Part shown: positions 28,126-37,536 of the stretch, one piece after another | Layout of the letters: each line of letters starts with the position of its first letter | Position numbering within the stretch: position 1 is the stretch's first letter | Assembly (NCBI GenBank): GCA_046726415.1 | Contig: JBKPAK010000013.1 | Coordinates: 8,330-72,329, forward strand | Source of the DNA: Candidatus Methylomirabilota bacterium | GTDB taxonomy: Bacteria; Methylomirabilota; Methylomirabilia; Rokubacteriales; CSP1-6 | Direction of reading: 5' to 3' | DNA: 64,000 nt | The notes under the pieces: generated by a model | The model's input: the letters and a program-made list of their open reading frames with translations, nothing else | The model's database searches: none | What the model was told of the DNA's origin: nothing | Made by a program: the position numbers and the translations under genes

Positions 28126-28919
28126 CACGATTTCGCGCCCACTGGGGCCACCGTGGCTCGGCGCGCTTCCCGCTCGGCCTTCTTGCGGTTGGACGCCAGG
28201 ATGGCCTGGAGAATCTCCGAGTGATCGACCAGGCTCAGGATCTCGATGTTGGGAAGGACACAATGACCGCCGATGATTCCTGGGAAGTATTTGATGGGGG
28301 GGAAAAACCGGACTTCCTCGTAGAACGAAACGATCTCGTCATAGTCCTGTCCCAGTTCGTCACAATACCGCTCCACCTCCTGGGCCCAGGCGATCATGAG
28401 GCCGAAATAGGTCGTCTCGGTGAGCTTGGCCAATTCGGTGGCCTCCGGTGAGGCCAGGACGCGGGTTCGCATGCCGATCGACGCGAAATGCTCGGCCGCA
28501 TACTTACCGGCCGCCCGATCGAGGGCGCCCACGAACTTCGTATAGTGGAGGAGTTCCTCGCGCATACGGGCGTGCTTGCCGCGGATTGGGCTGTGCACCA
28601 CGGCGGCGCCCGTTCGCTCGGCGATAGCGCGCGTGGTGCCGACCGCCGCTGTGCTGTTGACGATCGTCAGGGTGGGACGGAAGCGCTCGATATAGCCCGC
28701 GGTCTCGCCGACGAAGTCCTTGATCTCGAACGGGTAACAGACGTGCATCACGTCGACGTGCCGGACCTGTTCGGCGGGAGGCGAGATGTCCACGCCGACC
28801 GCCTGGTGGCGCGTGGCGACCAGCTCGAGGAGGGGTTTCCCCACTTCGCCGAGGCCGACGACCACGACCGTCTGCGGACCATTCATCGCCGGTCCCCGTG
28901 GGCCGGGTCCTGAACTCAT
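28125..28919 (-). CDS. Short UDP-glucose/GDP-mannose dehydrogenase family protein (no C-terminal UDP-binding domain)
   Basis: VVVVGLGEVG, NSTAAVGTT, HSPIR, ELAKLTETTY, PGIIGGHCV; second in-frame ATG at 28886. Confidence 0.75.
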   Translation of the reverse strand: MSSGPGPRGPAMNGPQTVVVVGLGEVGKPLLELVATRHQAVGVDISPPAEQVRHVDVMHVCYPFEIKDFVGETAGYIERFRPTLTIVNSTAAVGTTRAIAERTGAAVVHSPIRGKHARMREELLHYTKFVGALDRAAGKYAAEHFASIGMRTRVLASPEATELAKLTETTYFGLMIAWAQEVERYCDELGQDYDEIVSFYEEVRFFPPIKYFPGIIGGHCVLPNIEILSLVDHSEILQAILASNRKKAEREARRATVAPVGAKS

Positions 28920-28948
28920 CGCCGGTCCCCGTGGGCGGGGTCCTGAAC
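28883..28948. repeat. 33-bp tandem duplication of a gene junction
   Basis: tcatcgccggtccccgtgggccgggtcctgaac (28883-28915) and tcatcgccggtccccgtgggcggggtcctgaac (28916-28948), one mismatch. Confidence 0.95.
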
Positions 28949-30154
28949 GTCAACGGCCTGGCCCGTGGCCCTCGTGGAAGCTCGGACGCAGGCAGCCACT
29001 CGAGCCTGCTGCTCCGCAGAGAGCCCGGGGAACATCGGCAGGGAGAGCACCTGGGAGGCGACCCGCTCCGCGATCGGGAAGTCACCGGGCCGGAAGGCGA
29101 GGGCGTCGTATGCCTTCAGGAGGTGAAGCGGGATCGGGTAGTGGATGCCGGTGCCGATGCCGGCCGCCGCGAGGTCTTTCTGGAGCCGCTCGCGGTCCGC
29201 GACCCGCACCGCGTAGAGGTGGTAGACCGGCCGCGACCAGGACGGCACGTGGGGAACGACGACCGTTCCTGTGGCGTCGGCGAGGAGCTGATCGTATCCC
29301 AAGGCGAGCTCCCGCCGCTGCTCGTTCCACTTTGCCAGGTGGCGAAGCTTCACGCGCAAGAACCCCGCCTGGATGGCGTCGAGCCGGCCGTTGTAGCCCT
29401 CGATATCGTGGAGATACTTCGCCGACTGCCCGTGGTCGCGCAGCATCTGGCAACGCCCCGCCACCGCCTGGTCATCAGTGGTGACCGCCCCCGCCTCGCC
29501 GCAGGCCCCCAGATTCTTTCCCGGATAGAAGCTGAATGCCGCGGCACGGCCCAGGGAGCCCGCCTTGCGCCACCGGCCCTCCTTCTTCGAGAAGTACTCC
29601 GCACCATGTGCCTGGCAGGCGTCCTCGAGGACGGAGAAGTTGTGCTGCGCGGCCAGCTCGGCGATGGGATCCATGTCGGCCATCTGGCCATACAAGTGAA
29701 CAGGGATGACGGCCGTCACGGGCCCCCCCGTCCGCTTGCTCACCCTGCGGCCCGTCCGCTGGTCCGGTGTGCACTCGGTTTCCAGAAAGGTCCGCAGCTT
29801 CTCCGGAGCCAGGGTGTACGTCTGCTCGTCGATGTCGACGAAATCCGGGCGCGCGCCAGCCTGGGAGATCGCCTCCGCCGTGGCGATGAAGGTGAGCGGC
29901 GCCGTCATCACGGTGTCCCCCGGCTGGACGCCGGCTGCCACCAGGGCGAGCCGCAGGGCGTCGGTCCCGCTGCCCATGCCAACGCAGAGCCGGGTCTCGC
30001 AAAACTCCGCAAAGTCGCGCTCGAACTCCTGGACCATGGGCCCGCCGATGAAGCCGGCGGTGTCGAAGGCGACCTCCACAACCGAGCGCAGCTCTTCCCG
30101 GAGTTCGCGGTGAACGGTGATGAGATCGAGAAAGGGAATCCCACTCCTGCTCAT
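28916..30154 (-). CDS. DegT/DnrJ/EryC1/StrS aminotransferase (WbpE-like)
   Basis: SGTDAL, PVHLYGQ, EDACQAHGA, FSFYPGKNLGACGEAG, NGRLDAIQA, LSLPMFP. Confidence 0.96.
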   Translation of the reverse strand: MSRSGIPFLDLITVHRELREELRSVVEVAFDTAGFIGGPMVQEFERDFAEFCETRLCVGMGSGTDALRLALVAAGVQPGDTVMTAPLTFIATAEAISQAGARPDFVDIDEQTYTLAPEKLRTFLETECTPDQRTGRRVSKRTGGPVTAVIPVHLYGQMADMDPIAELAAQHNFSVLEDACQAHGAEYFSKKEGRWRKAGSLGRAAAFSFYPGKNLGACGEAGAVTTDDQAVAGRCQMLRDHGQSAKYLHDIEGYNGRLDAIQAGFLRVKLRHLAKWNEQRRELALGYDQLLADATGTVVVPHVPSWSRPVYHLYAVRVADRERLQKDLAAAGIGTGIHYPIPLHLLKAYDALAFRPGDFPIAERVASQVLSLPMFPGLSAEQQARVAACVRASTRATGQAVDVQDPAHGDRR

Positions 30155-33100
30155 GCGCAGCTCTCCCTGGCAATGTGGTGCACGCCCGCGTGATTCAGAT
30201 TCGGAAGTTCGTCAGCGAGATTGGGGCGATCGACGTATTCGCGCCAGCTCTTGACCTGCAGATCCGCGGCGCCCTTCCGGGCCAGCGCTTCGACGAAGCG
30301 CTGCGCCAACTGGATGTTGGTGATCAGCGGGATCCCGAAGTCGACGGTTCGCCGGCGGATGATGTAATCGTTCGTCAGTTCTTCCTCCTGGGAGTTCTTC
30401 GGGATGTTGATGACGAGATCGATCCGCTTTTCGCCGAGGTAGTCCAGCACATTGGGTCGGCGCTGATGCTCCAGCGGCCAGTGCAGCACCGTCGCGTGGA
30501 TCCCGTGCGCGCGCAGGAACTGCGCCGTCCCCTTGGTGGCGTACAGCTTCAGGCGGAGCGCCCGCAACTGTTGGCTCGCCTCCAAAAATGCCGCCTTCGC
30601 TTCGACCGGCCCGGTGGACAGGAGGACGCTGTGGATCGGGACCCGATAGCCCACGGCCAGGAGCGCCTTGAGGAAGGCCTCCTCGAAGTCGTCGCCCAGG
30701 CAAGCCACCTCTCCCGTCGAGGCCATCTCCACCCCCAGGGTGGGGTCGGCGCCGTCCAGCCGGGTGAACGAGAACTGCGGGGCTTTGACGCCCACGTAGT
30801 TCAGGTCGAACATGGAGCCGTTCATGGGCCCGGTGGCCGTGGGGCTCCGTCCCATCATCACTTCCGTGGCCAGAGCCACCAAGTTGGTGCCGACGATCTT
30901 CGAGACAAACGGGAAGCTTCGCGACGCCCGCACGTTGCACTCGATGACCTTCACCGCGTTGCCCTTGGCGATGAACTGGATATTGAACGGCCCTTGAAGG
31001 TCGAGGGCCCGCGCGATTCGCTCCGCGATCGTCTTGATGCGTCGAATGGTCTCCAGATAGGTTCGCTGGGGGGGCAGCACCAAGGTCGCGTCGCCCGAGT
31101 GCACGCCCGCGTTCTCCACATGCTCGGTGATGGCGGAGGCGCACACCTCGCCTCGACAGGCGACCACATCGATCTCGAGCTCCTTGGCGTTTTCGATGAA
31201 CTTGCTCACCACCACGGGACGATCAGCTGAGATCCGCGTCGCTTTGTCGAGGAGGGCCGAGAGTTCGCGCGCGTCGGACGCGACCCCCATCGCGGCACCG
31301 CTGAGCACGTAGGAGGGCCGCACGAGGACGGGATACGCGACGCGCTCCGCGAATGCCTGGGCGGACTCGACGCTGACTAGTTCCTTCCACTCCGGCTGCT
31401 CGATGCCCAAGGTGTCCAGGAGGCGAGAGAACGCGTGACGGTCCTCGGCCGTGTCGATGCTGTGCGCCGAGGTGCCCAGGATCTTGACGCCCGCGCGATG
31501 GAGCGGAATCGCGAGACGGTTGGGGATCTGACCCCCCATGGACACCACCACGCCCAAGGGTCGCTCGCGCTCGTAGATGGCCAGGACGGACTCCAGGCTC
31601 AGCTCGTCAAAGTAGAGCCGATCACACTCGTTGTAGTCCGTGCTGACGGTCTCTGGGTTGTAGTTGATGATGATCGTCCGATGGCCCATCCGACCAAGCG
31701 TCCGCACGGTATTGACGGCGCACCAGTCGAACTCCACGGAGCTGCCGATGCAGTACGCGCCCGACCCAAGCACGATGACGGACTCCTCGTGGGCGCGTTC
31801 CACATCGTCTTCGTCGGCGCGGTAGGTGAGGTAGAGATAGTTGGTCCGCGCGGGATACTCGGCGGCCAGGGTGTCGATCTGCCTCACCCGCGGGCGGATT
31901 CCGTAGGCCTCGCGTTGCGCCCGTACTTCCGCCTCGCCGTGGCCCGTGATCTCAGTGATCTGCCGATCGGCGAATCCCGTCCACTTCGCCTCCCGCATCA
32001 GTGGCCGCGGGATGGCCGCCCCCTCGCCACATGCGCGGAGCCGTTCCCCCACCTCCACGATGCGCTGGACCTTGAGCAGGAACCAGCGGTCGATGCCGGA
32101 GAGCTGGTGGATGCGATCGAGCGACATGCCCCGCTGAATCGCCGCGGCGATCGCGAAGATGCGCCCCGGCGTGGGCTCGGCCAATTCAGCCTCCAGGGCC
32201 CCCTGCCGCGGCGCGTTCCTCCCGACGAGTCCCGTCGCCCCGACGTCCAGCATGCGAAGGGCCTTTTGCAGCGCCTCTTCGAACGTCACCCCGATGGCCA
32301 TGACCTCACCCACGGACTTCATCCCCGAGCCGATGCGGCGCGAGACCTGTGGGAACTTCTGGAGGTCCCACCGGGGGACTTTGACCACGACGTAGTCGAG
32401 GGCGGGTTCGAAGCACGCGGTGGTCGCTCCGGTGATGGAATTCCGGAGCTCGGGTAGGCTGCCGCCCAGGGCGAGCTTGGCCGCCACCAAGGCCAAGGGG
32501 TAGCCGGTGGCCTTCGAGGCCAGCGCGGAGCTACGGGACAGCCGGGCGTTGACTTCGATGACCCGGTAGTCCGCCGAGTGCGGATCGAGGGCAAACTGGA
32601 TATTGCACTCGCCCACGATGCCGAGATGCCGGACCACCCGGATGGCGATCTGGCGAAGGAGGTGGTACTCCTGATTCGTCAGCGTTTGGCTGGGCGTAAC
32701 CACGATGCTTTCGCCCGTGTGGATGCCCAGGGGGTCGAGGTTCTCCATGTTGCAGACGGTGATGCAGTTGTCGAACTGGTCGCGGACGACCTCGTACTCG
32801 ACCTCCTTCCATCCGGCGAGGCAGTCTTCGATCAGAACCTGACCGCTGTGGGCCAGCGCCAGGCCGGCGCGCTCGCGCACCTCGCCCGCGTTCGCGCACA
32901 CGCCGGACCCGAGGCCTCCCAGCGCATAGCCGGCCCGGAGCATCACCGGGAAGCCGAGCTGGTCGGCGACCTTCACGGCGCCGTCCACTGAGGTCGCCGG
33001 GGCGCTCCGGGGCACCTTCACCCCGATATCGGTCAGCCGGCGGGCGAAGAGATCCCGGTCCTCGGTCGCGCGAATCGCCTCGATCGGCGTGCCCAGCACG

Positions 33101-33435
33101 CGAACCCCGTGATGGCGGAGCACGCCGTGCTCGTCGAGTTCCAGACCGCAGTTGAGGGCCGTTTGCCCTCCGAATCCCAAGAGGATCCCGTCCGGCCGCT
33201 CCCGCTCGATCACGCCCTCCACGAACTGCCGCGTGACCGGCAGGAAATAGACCTGGTTCGCCAGGTACTCGGAGGTCTGGATCGTGGCAATGTTAGGATT
33301 GACCAGAACCGTGGTGATCCCCTCCTCGCGAAGAGCCTTGATGGCTTGGCTTCCGGAGTAATCAAACTCGCCGGCCTCGCCGATCTTCAGCGCGCCACTC
33401 CCCAGGACGAGGACCTTCTCGGGCTTACCGCCCAT
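30151..33435 (-). CDS. carB: Carbamoyl-phosphate synthase large subunit
   Basis: GSGALKIGEAGEFDYSGSQA, GIHTGES, EVNARLSRSSALASKATGYP, IGSSVEFDW, PSYVLSG, AGVHSGDA, C-terminal MGS domain; 1094 aa. Confidence 0.98.
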   Translation of the reverse strand: MGGKPEKVLVLGSGALKIGEAGEFDYSGSQAIKALREEGITTVLVNPNIATIQTSEYLANQVYFLPVTRQFVEGVIERERPDGILLGFGGQTALNCGLELDEHGVLRHHGVRVLGTPIEAIRATEDRDLFARRLTDIGVKVPRSAPATSVDGAVKVADQLGFPVMLRAGYALGGLGSGVCANAGEVRERAGLALAHSGQVLIEDCLAGWKEVEYEVVRDQFDNCITVCNMENLDPLGIHTGESIVVTPSQTLTNQEYHLLRQIAIRVVRHLGIVGECNIQFALDPHSADYRVIEVNARLSRSSALASKATGYPLALVAAKLALGGSLPELRNSITGATTACFEPALDYVVVKVPRWDLQKFPQVSRRIGSGMKSVGEVMAIGVTFEEALQKALRMLDVGATGLVGRNAPRQGALEAELAEPTPGRIFAIAAAIQRGMSLDRIHQLSGIDRWFLLKVQRIVEVGERLRACGEGAAIPRPLMREAKWTGFADRQITEITGHGEAEVRAQREAYGIRPRVRQIDTLAAEYPARTNYLYLTYRADEDDVERAHEESVIVLGSGAYCIGSSVEFDWCAVNTVRTLGRMGHRTIIINYNPETVSTDYNECDRLYFDELSLESVLAIYERERPLGVVVSMGGQIPNRLAIPLHRAGVKILGTSAHSIDTAEDRHAFSRLLDTLGIEQPEWKELVSVESAQAFAERVAYPVLVRPSYVLSGAAMGVASDARELSALLDKATRISADRPVVVSKFIENAKELEIDVVACRGEVCASAITEHVENAGVHSGDATLVLPPQRTYLETIRRIKTIAERIARALDLQGPFNIQFIAKGNAVKVIECNVRASRSFPFVSKIVGTNLVALATEVMMGRSPTATGPMNGSMFDLNYVGVKAPQFSFTRLDGADPTLGVEMASTGEVACLGDDFEEAFLKALLAVGYRVPIHSVLLSTGPVEAKAAFLEASQQLRALRLKLYATKGTAQFLRAHGIHATVLHWPLEHQRRPNVLDYLGEKRIDLVINIPKNSQEEELTNDYIIRRRTVDFGIPLITNIQLAQRFVEALARKGAADLQVKSWREYVDRPNLADELPNLNHAGVHHIARESCA

Positions 33436-34549
33436 GAAGCATTCCGACGAACTCGTCGAAGAGAAACGCCGTATCGACTGGACCCGGCGTGGCCTCGGGA
33501 TGAAATTGCACGCTCATGAATGGCCGGGACCGGTGGCGGATCCCTTCATTGCTGTCGTCGTTGGCGTTCCGGAACCAGACGGCCCAGTCGTCGGGGAGGG
33601 TGCGATCGTCCACCGCGTACCCGTGGTTCTGGGCGGTCACATAGCAGTGGCTGGTGCCCACCCACCCACACGGCTGATTCTGGCCGCGATGGCCAAACTT
33701 CAGCTTGTAGGTGTCCGCCCCCGCGGCAAGCGCCAAGATCTGGTGGCCCAGGCAGATGCCGAAGACGGGGTACTCCGCCTCCATGGCCCGCCGTACGTGA
33801 GCGATGGTCGGAACACACGTCTTGGGATCGCCCGGCCCGTTGGACACCAGGACGCCGTCGAAGTCCTCTTGGAAGAAGTCGTAGTCCCACGGCACCCGGA
33901 TGACGGTCAGCCCCCGGCTGGTCAGGCTGCGGATAATGCTGTTCTTGCTCCCGCAATCCACCAGCACGACCCGCTTGTCACCTGAGCCGTAGATCACCGG
34001 CTCCTTGACACTGACCAGCGACACCAGGTTGTCTTGGTTGGGATCGCGCAACTCGACGTCCTCGTCGGCGGCCACGATCTTGCCCAGCATCACCCCACGC
34101 TCGCGCAAGCGCTTGGTCAGGGCCCGGGTGTCGACTTCCCCCAGGCCCGGCACTCCTTGCTCGGCCAGCCACTGCCCCAAGCTCTTGGCGGCGCTCCAGT
34201 GGCTGTAGTGGACCGAGGCTTCGGCGACGACAAGGCCGGTGATCTGGATTTCCCCGGATTCGAAGGTCAGGTCCAGTCCGTCCGCCATGCGGCGTTCAGG
34301 CACCCCGTAGTTGCCGACCAGGGGATACGTGAGCACGAGGATCTGGCCCTTGTACGAGGGATCGGTCAACGCTTCGGGGTATCCAACCATTCCGGTATTG
34401 AAGACGACCTCGCCGCTCACCGCGGCCGGGAAGCCGAAGGGAAGACCGGGGAACACGGACCCGTCCTCGAGAACGAGCCATGCACGCCGCGTTTCCTCGT
34501 CGGCCGCCAGCGCGTACGTCTTCTCAGAGTCGCCGCCCACGCATCTCAC
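33425..34549 (-). CDS. carA: Carbamoyl-phosphate synthase small (glutaminase) subunit
   Basis: GEVVFNTGMVGYPEALTDPSY, SNGPGDP, FGICLGHQ, KFGHRGQN, VQFHPE. Confidence 0.98.
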   Translation of the reverse strand: MRCVGGDSEKTYALAADEETRRAWLVLEDGSVFPGLPFGFPAAVSGEVVFNTGMVGYPEALTDPSYKGQILVLTYPLVGNYGVPERRMADGLDLTFESGEIQITGLVVAEASVHYSHWSAAKSLGQWLAEQGVPGLGEVDTRALTKRLRERGVMLGKIVAADEDVELRDPNQDNLVSLVSVKEPVIYGSGDKRVVLVDCGSKNSIIRSLTSRGLTVIRVPWDYDFFQEDFDGVLVSNGPGDPKTCVPTIAHVRRAMEAEYPVFGICLGHQILALAAGADTYKLKFGHRGQNQPCGWVGTSHCYVTAQNHGYAVDDRTLPDDWAVWFRNANDDSNEGIRHRSRPFMSVQFHPEATPGPVDTAFLFDEFVGMLHGR

Positions 34550-34585
34550 CAGGTCTCTCTTCTGCGAACTTGGTGTTGCAAATGA

Positions 34586-35002
34586 TTATTTCTTGCCGAA
34601 GCCCAATTTGGTCACCACGCGGTCCAGTGAGATTCCCGGAAAGACATCGGGGTTCTTCTTCGTCACTTCCTCATTACCCTTGAACCAACGGGGGTGGCCG
34701 ATCACCAACAGCTTCATCCTTCCTGAGTATGAATACTCGACCTTCGGCGGGACTTCGATAAGCACACCCGGTTCCACGTCGTACTTCTCGCCTACGATGG
34801 TGAAATAGCCGTAACCGGCCAGCACATAATAGACCCTGGTAATCTCCTTACTTCGCAGGAACGTATCATGTCCCTTTGTGACATCGACCAGATAGATGTC
34901 AAGCGCCGTGTTGCTGAGGAGTTCGAATTGGAAGCCCTGGAGCCCCTTGCCGACGAAGGTTGGGGACGAAGGGACCCGCATCACATAACGCATAGATGGC
35001 AT
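34586..35002 (-). CDS. Cupin-domain protein
   Basis: GHDTF..YYVLAGYGYFTI..VEPGVLIEVPPKV; RBS AAGGAGG before ATG 35002. Confidence 0.7.
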   Translation of the reverse strand: MPSMRYVMRVPSSPTFVGKGLQGFQFELLSNTALDIYLVDVTKGHDTFLRSKEITRVYYVLAGYGYFTIVGEKYDVEPGVLIEVPPKVEYSYSGRMKLLVIGHPRWFKGNEEVTKKNPDVFPGISLDRVVTKLGFGKK

Positions 35003-35175
35003 TCCCTCCTTGGTGGGGTTGCCCGCCCATATCATGCGCGGAGCCGGGTCTGACCCCCGCGGAAATCGTGCCGCGTGTAATGGCGCGACAGTCGACATCT
35101 AAAGTCGGCCTCGTCACCGCGCTGACCCTGCCGCCCGCTGGGCGCCACGGCCGCGAGCAGCGCAGCGCCGGTATC

Positions 35176-36381
35176 TCACCCCTTGGATGGGACAAGGCCC
35201 ACGGCGGGTGTATCGCCGTGCGTTAGGCGTGCGGGTGGTCCCGCGGTAGGTTCTAGGCAACAATGCTCCTTAACCAGGTGTTGGAGCCTTTGCTTTCTCG
35301 CGAGGAGACCGGGCATGGGGTCGAGGCCGGCGGTTTTAAGCACGGTTTCCCAGCGATGCGCCCAGTCATGGCGCAGTAAGGCGTGCGCGACATTATTGCG
35401 ACGGATGCGCGCCTGTCGGTCGGGCTGTCCATCGATCTCGTCAATGATGAGATCAATGGTCGGAGAATCATGAGGGAGATGAATCACTGCGTCGGGCCAG
35501 TCGAAGAGCTCAGCAAAGGCGTCGTTCTTGGGCTGTTCCCCGATCATGATGGCCCCGGCGCCAGCTCCTTCAAAGTACCGGTAGCCGAGTTCGAGCTGAT
35601 TCCCCCGGCGATCGGGAAGATCAATCAGCCCTGGGGCGACGATGAAGTAACGGCTCCTCTTGGCGGTGTTGGCGAAGAGTGCGCGATGCTCTTGGAAATT
35701 GCGGGCCTGATTTCCAGCGATGCTATCATAAAGATAGAACAAGCCAGCATTCTTCGCCATTCCGAGAAGAGTCTGATGTGTTACTTCTGATCGTCGGCCG
35801 ATGCTGTACACGTCCACGACCCTCTTAGGCGGGTCAGGGTACGGGCAGAAGCGAAGGGCGTCGATCCCTGGTGGTAGGAAGAGACATTTGCGGCCTATGG
35901 CCTCACTGACGGCCTTCACACTCTGACTGTAATATAGCATCACGAGGTCAAACCGAGCGAGAATCCTTAAGAGATAGCGGCAGGGGCGAAGGTCGCCGAG
36001 CCAGAACTCGTCCAGCAGACACACGGAAGTCTTGGCGAAGCTTCGCCAATCCCCCACCGTATTAACGGTGAGTAAATCCATCGGGGACCCGCAAACCGCC
36101 ATGAAGAGGTCGTAGTCAGCCTTGACCGTCACCGCGCTTTTGGGTATCCCGGGGTTCAAGGCGATGGGGGAATGCCAGGCCAGCCGTTTAGCGAGTCTGT
36201 AGCCTGAGGGAAACCACGTTGTGGGGTGAGGCGCCAGGATGTCGGTGGAGTCAATCTGACAGATTATGTCCTCGAATTCATATTGGGGACACCGATAGAG
36301 CACGTTGGGGAAGATGTGGCGTTGGGAAAATAGTAGGATTCGTGAGCGACCGGAACTCGGGCCTGTGGACACCGGCATCAT
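35176..36381 (-). CDS. Glycosyltransferase (Glyco_trans_1_2/CgeB-like GT-B)
   Basis: LPPGIDALRF, DVYSIGRR, GYRYFEGAGAGAIMIG, LRHDWAHRW. Confidence 0.8.
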   Translation of the reverse strand: MMPVSTGPSSGRSRILLFSQRHIFPNVLYRCPQYEFEDIICQIDSTDILAPHPTTWFPSGYRLAKRLAWHSPIALNPGIPKSAVTVKADYDLFMAVCGSPMDLLTVNTVGDWRSFAKTSVCLLDEFWLGDLRPCRYLLRILARFDLVMLYYSQSVKAVSEAIGRKCLFLPPGIDALRFCPYPDPPKRVVDVYSIGRRSEVTHQTLLGMAKNAGLFYLYDSIAGNQARNFQEHRALFANTAKRSRYFIVAPGLIDLPDRRGNQLELGYRYFEGAGAGAIMIGEQPKNDAFAELFDWPDAVIHLPHDSPTIDLIIDEIDGQPDRQARIRRNNVAHALLRHDWAHRWETVLKTAGLDPMPGLLARKQRLQHLVKEHCCLEPTAGPPARLTHGDTPAVGLVPSKG

Positions 36382-36495
36382 ATTGGATTCCTCGCTATGC
36401 GTTGACTGATGGTGATGAGTCGGACCTCCAAGCAGAGAGCCGCTTTGGGGCCCGGGACGAGTAGATCAAGCGCGCAGAGGGCGTTAAGCTGGTCC

Positions 36496-37512
36496 TTAAA
36501 ACGCCAGGAGGGTGAGGCCAGAGTCCAGCAGATCGGCGACGCGGTCGTAGTGTTTGGCTAATTTAGGCAACAAGAGACCGGAAATGAGCCAATGGACCCG
36601 GAGCCGGAAGGCTGACGCATAACGGACCTGCCAATCCGACCTTGCCTTGTCCAGCGGCTCGAGGCCCCAGTACCCCAAGGGCCAGCTATTTCGGAGGGAG
36701 GAATCGCCATCATGGATGTCTTCCAGCAGCTCAAGGACGGGTTGCCACCCGAGATCGTGCGCGACCTTGGCTCTGACATCTAGATCGATTCCCGAGACAA
36801 AGAGATACCCACGCGGGCTCACCAACCTCGCGATGTTTCGCAAACATCGTTCGGCCGCTGGTGGCTCCATATGGCAGAGGAAACGATTTGCCACCACGAT
36901 GTCCTGAGGTCCCAACAGATTGATGAGCGCTGGATCGGCGGCATCCCGCTCATGCCAAGTGATCCCTTCCTTGAGCCATGGTTGGATGCTTACATGCTCA
37001 CCATACGGGTTAAACAGCGAGCATATCTCGGCCGGGGCCATGCGCTCGTAGAGAGCCTTCGCGGGGAGGTCAGGAGCTGAGAGAGAATAGACCCCCTCCC
37101 GACAAATGCGCAAAGCTTCGCGAGAAATATCCACGGCATGCAGGATGAATTTCAAGTCCGGCCGTGCCGATCGGAGGGTCCATATGATGGAGTAGAGCTC
37201 GGCCCCGATGCTACACGCCAGGACGGAAATGTTTACCGTGGCTGCTCTAGGCTGTTGATCTACCAGACGACGCATTAAAAGAAGCTCGGCGCGGTTCCTA
37301 AAGAAGTAGGTACTCCCGTTCTGCCGGCGGGTCGCCGAGAAGCGAGCGAGCCCATGCAAGAGACGAGCGTAGGGACGGAGCGTTCGCGAGGTTCGGAGGG
37401 AAGCGGGAAGATAATCCCAAAGCCGCTCATGCAGGCGCAAATAGAGGGCTACCGGAGATAGTCGGCCAAGACCGAAGGTTGCCACGCCACCACAAGTCGA
37501 GCGCCCCAGCAA
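36496..37512 (-). CDS. CheR-fold SAM-dependent methyltransferase (stand-alone), copy 1
   Basis: TYFFRN, VLACSIGAELYSI, AVDIS..CREGVY, QDIVVANRFLCHM, LVSPRGYLFV. Confidence 0.85.
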   Translation of the reverse strand: MLGRSTCGGVATFGLGRLSPVALYLRLHERLWDYLPASLRTSRTLRPYARLLHGLARFSATRRQNGSTYFFRNRAELLLMRRLVDQQPRAATVNISVLACSIGAELYSIIWTLRSARPDLKFILHAVDISREALRICREGVYSLSAPDLPAKALYERMAPAEICSLFNPYGEHVSIQPWLKEGITWHERDAADPALINLLGPQDIVVANRFLCHMEPPAAERCLRNIARLVSPRGYLFVSGIDLDVRAKVAHDLGWQPVLELLEDIHDGDSSLRNSWPLGYWGLEPLDKARSDWQVRYASAFRLRVHWLISGLLLPKLAKHYDRVADLLDSGLTLLAF

Positions 37513-37536
37513 GTGTCTCTCCTTCCATTGGCGAGG

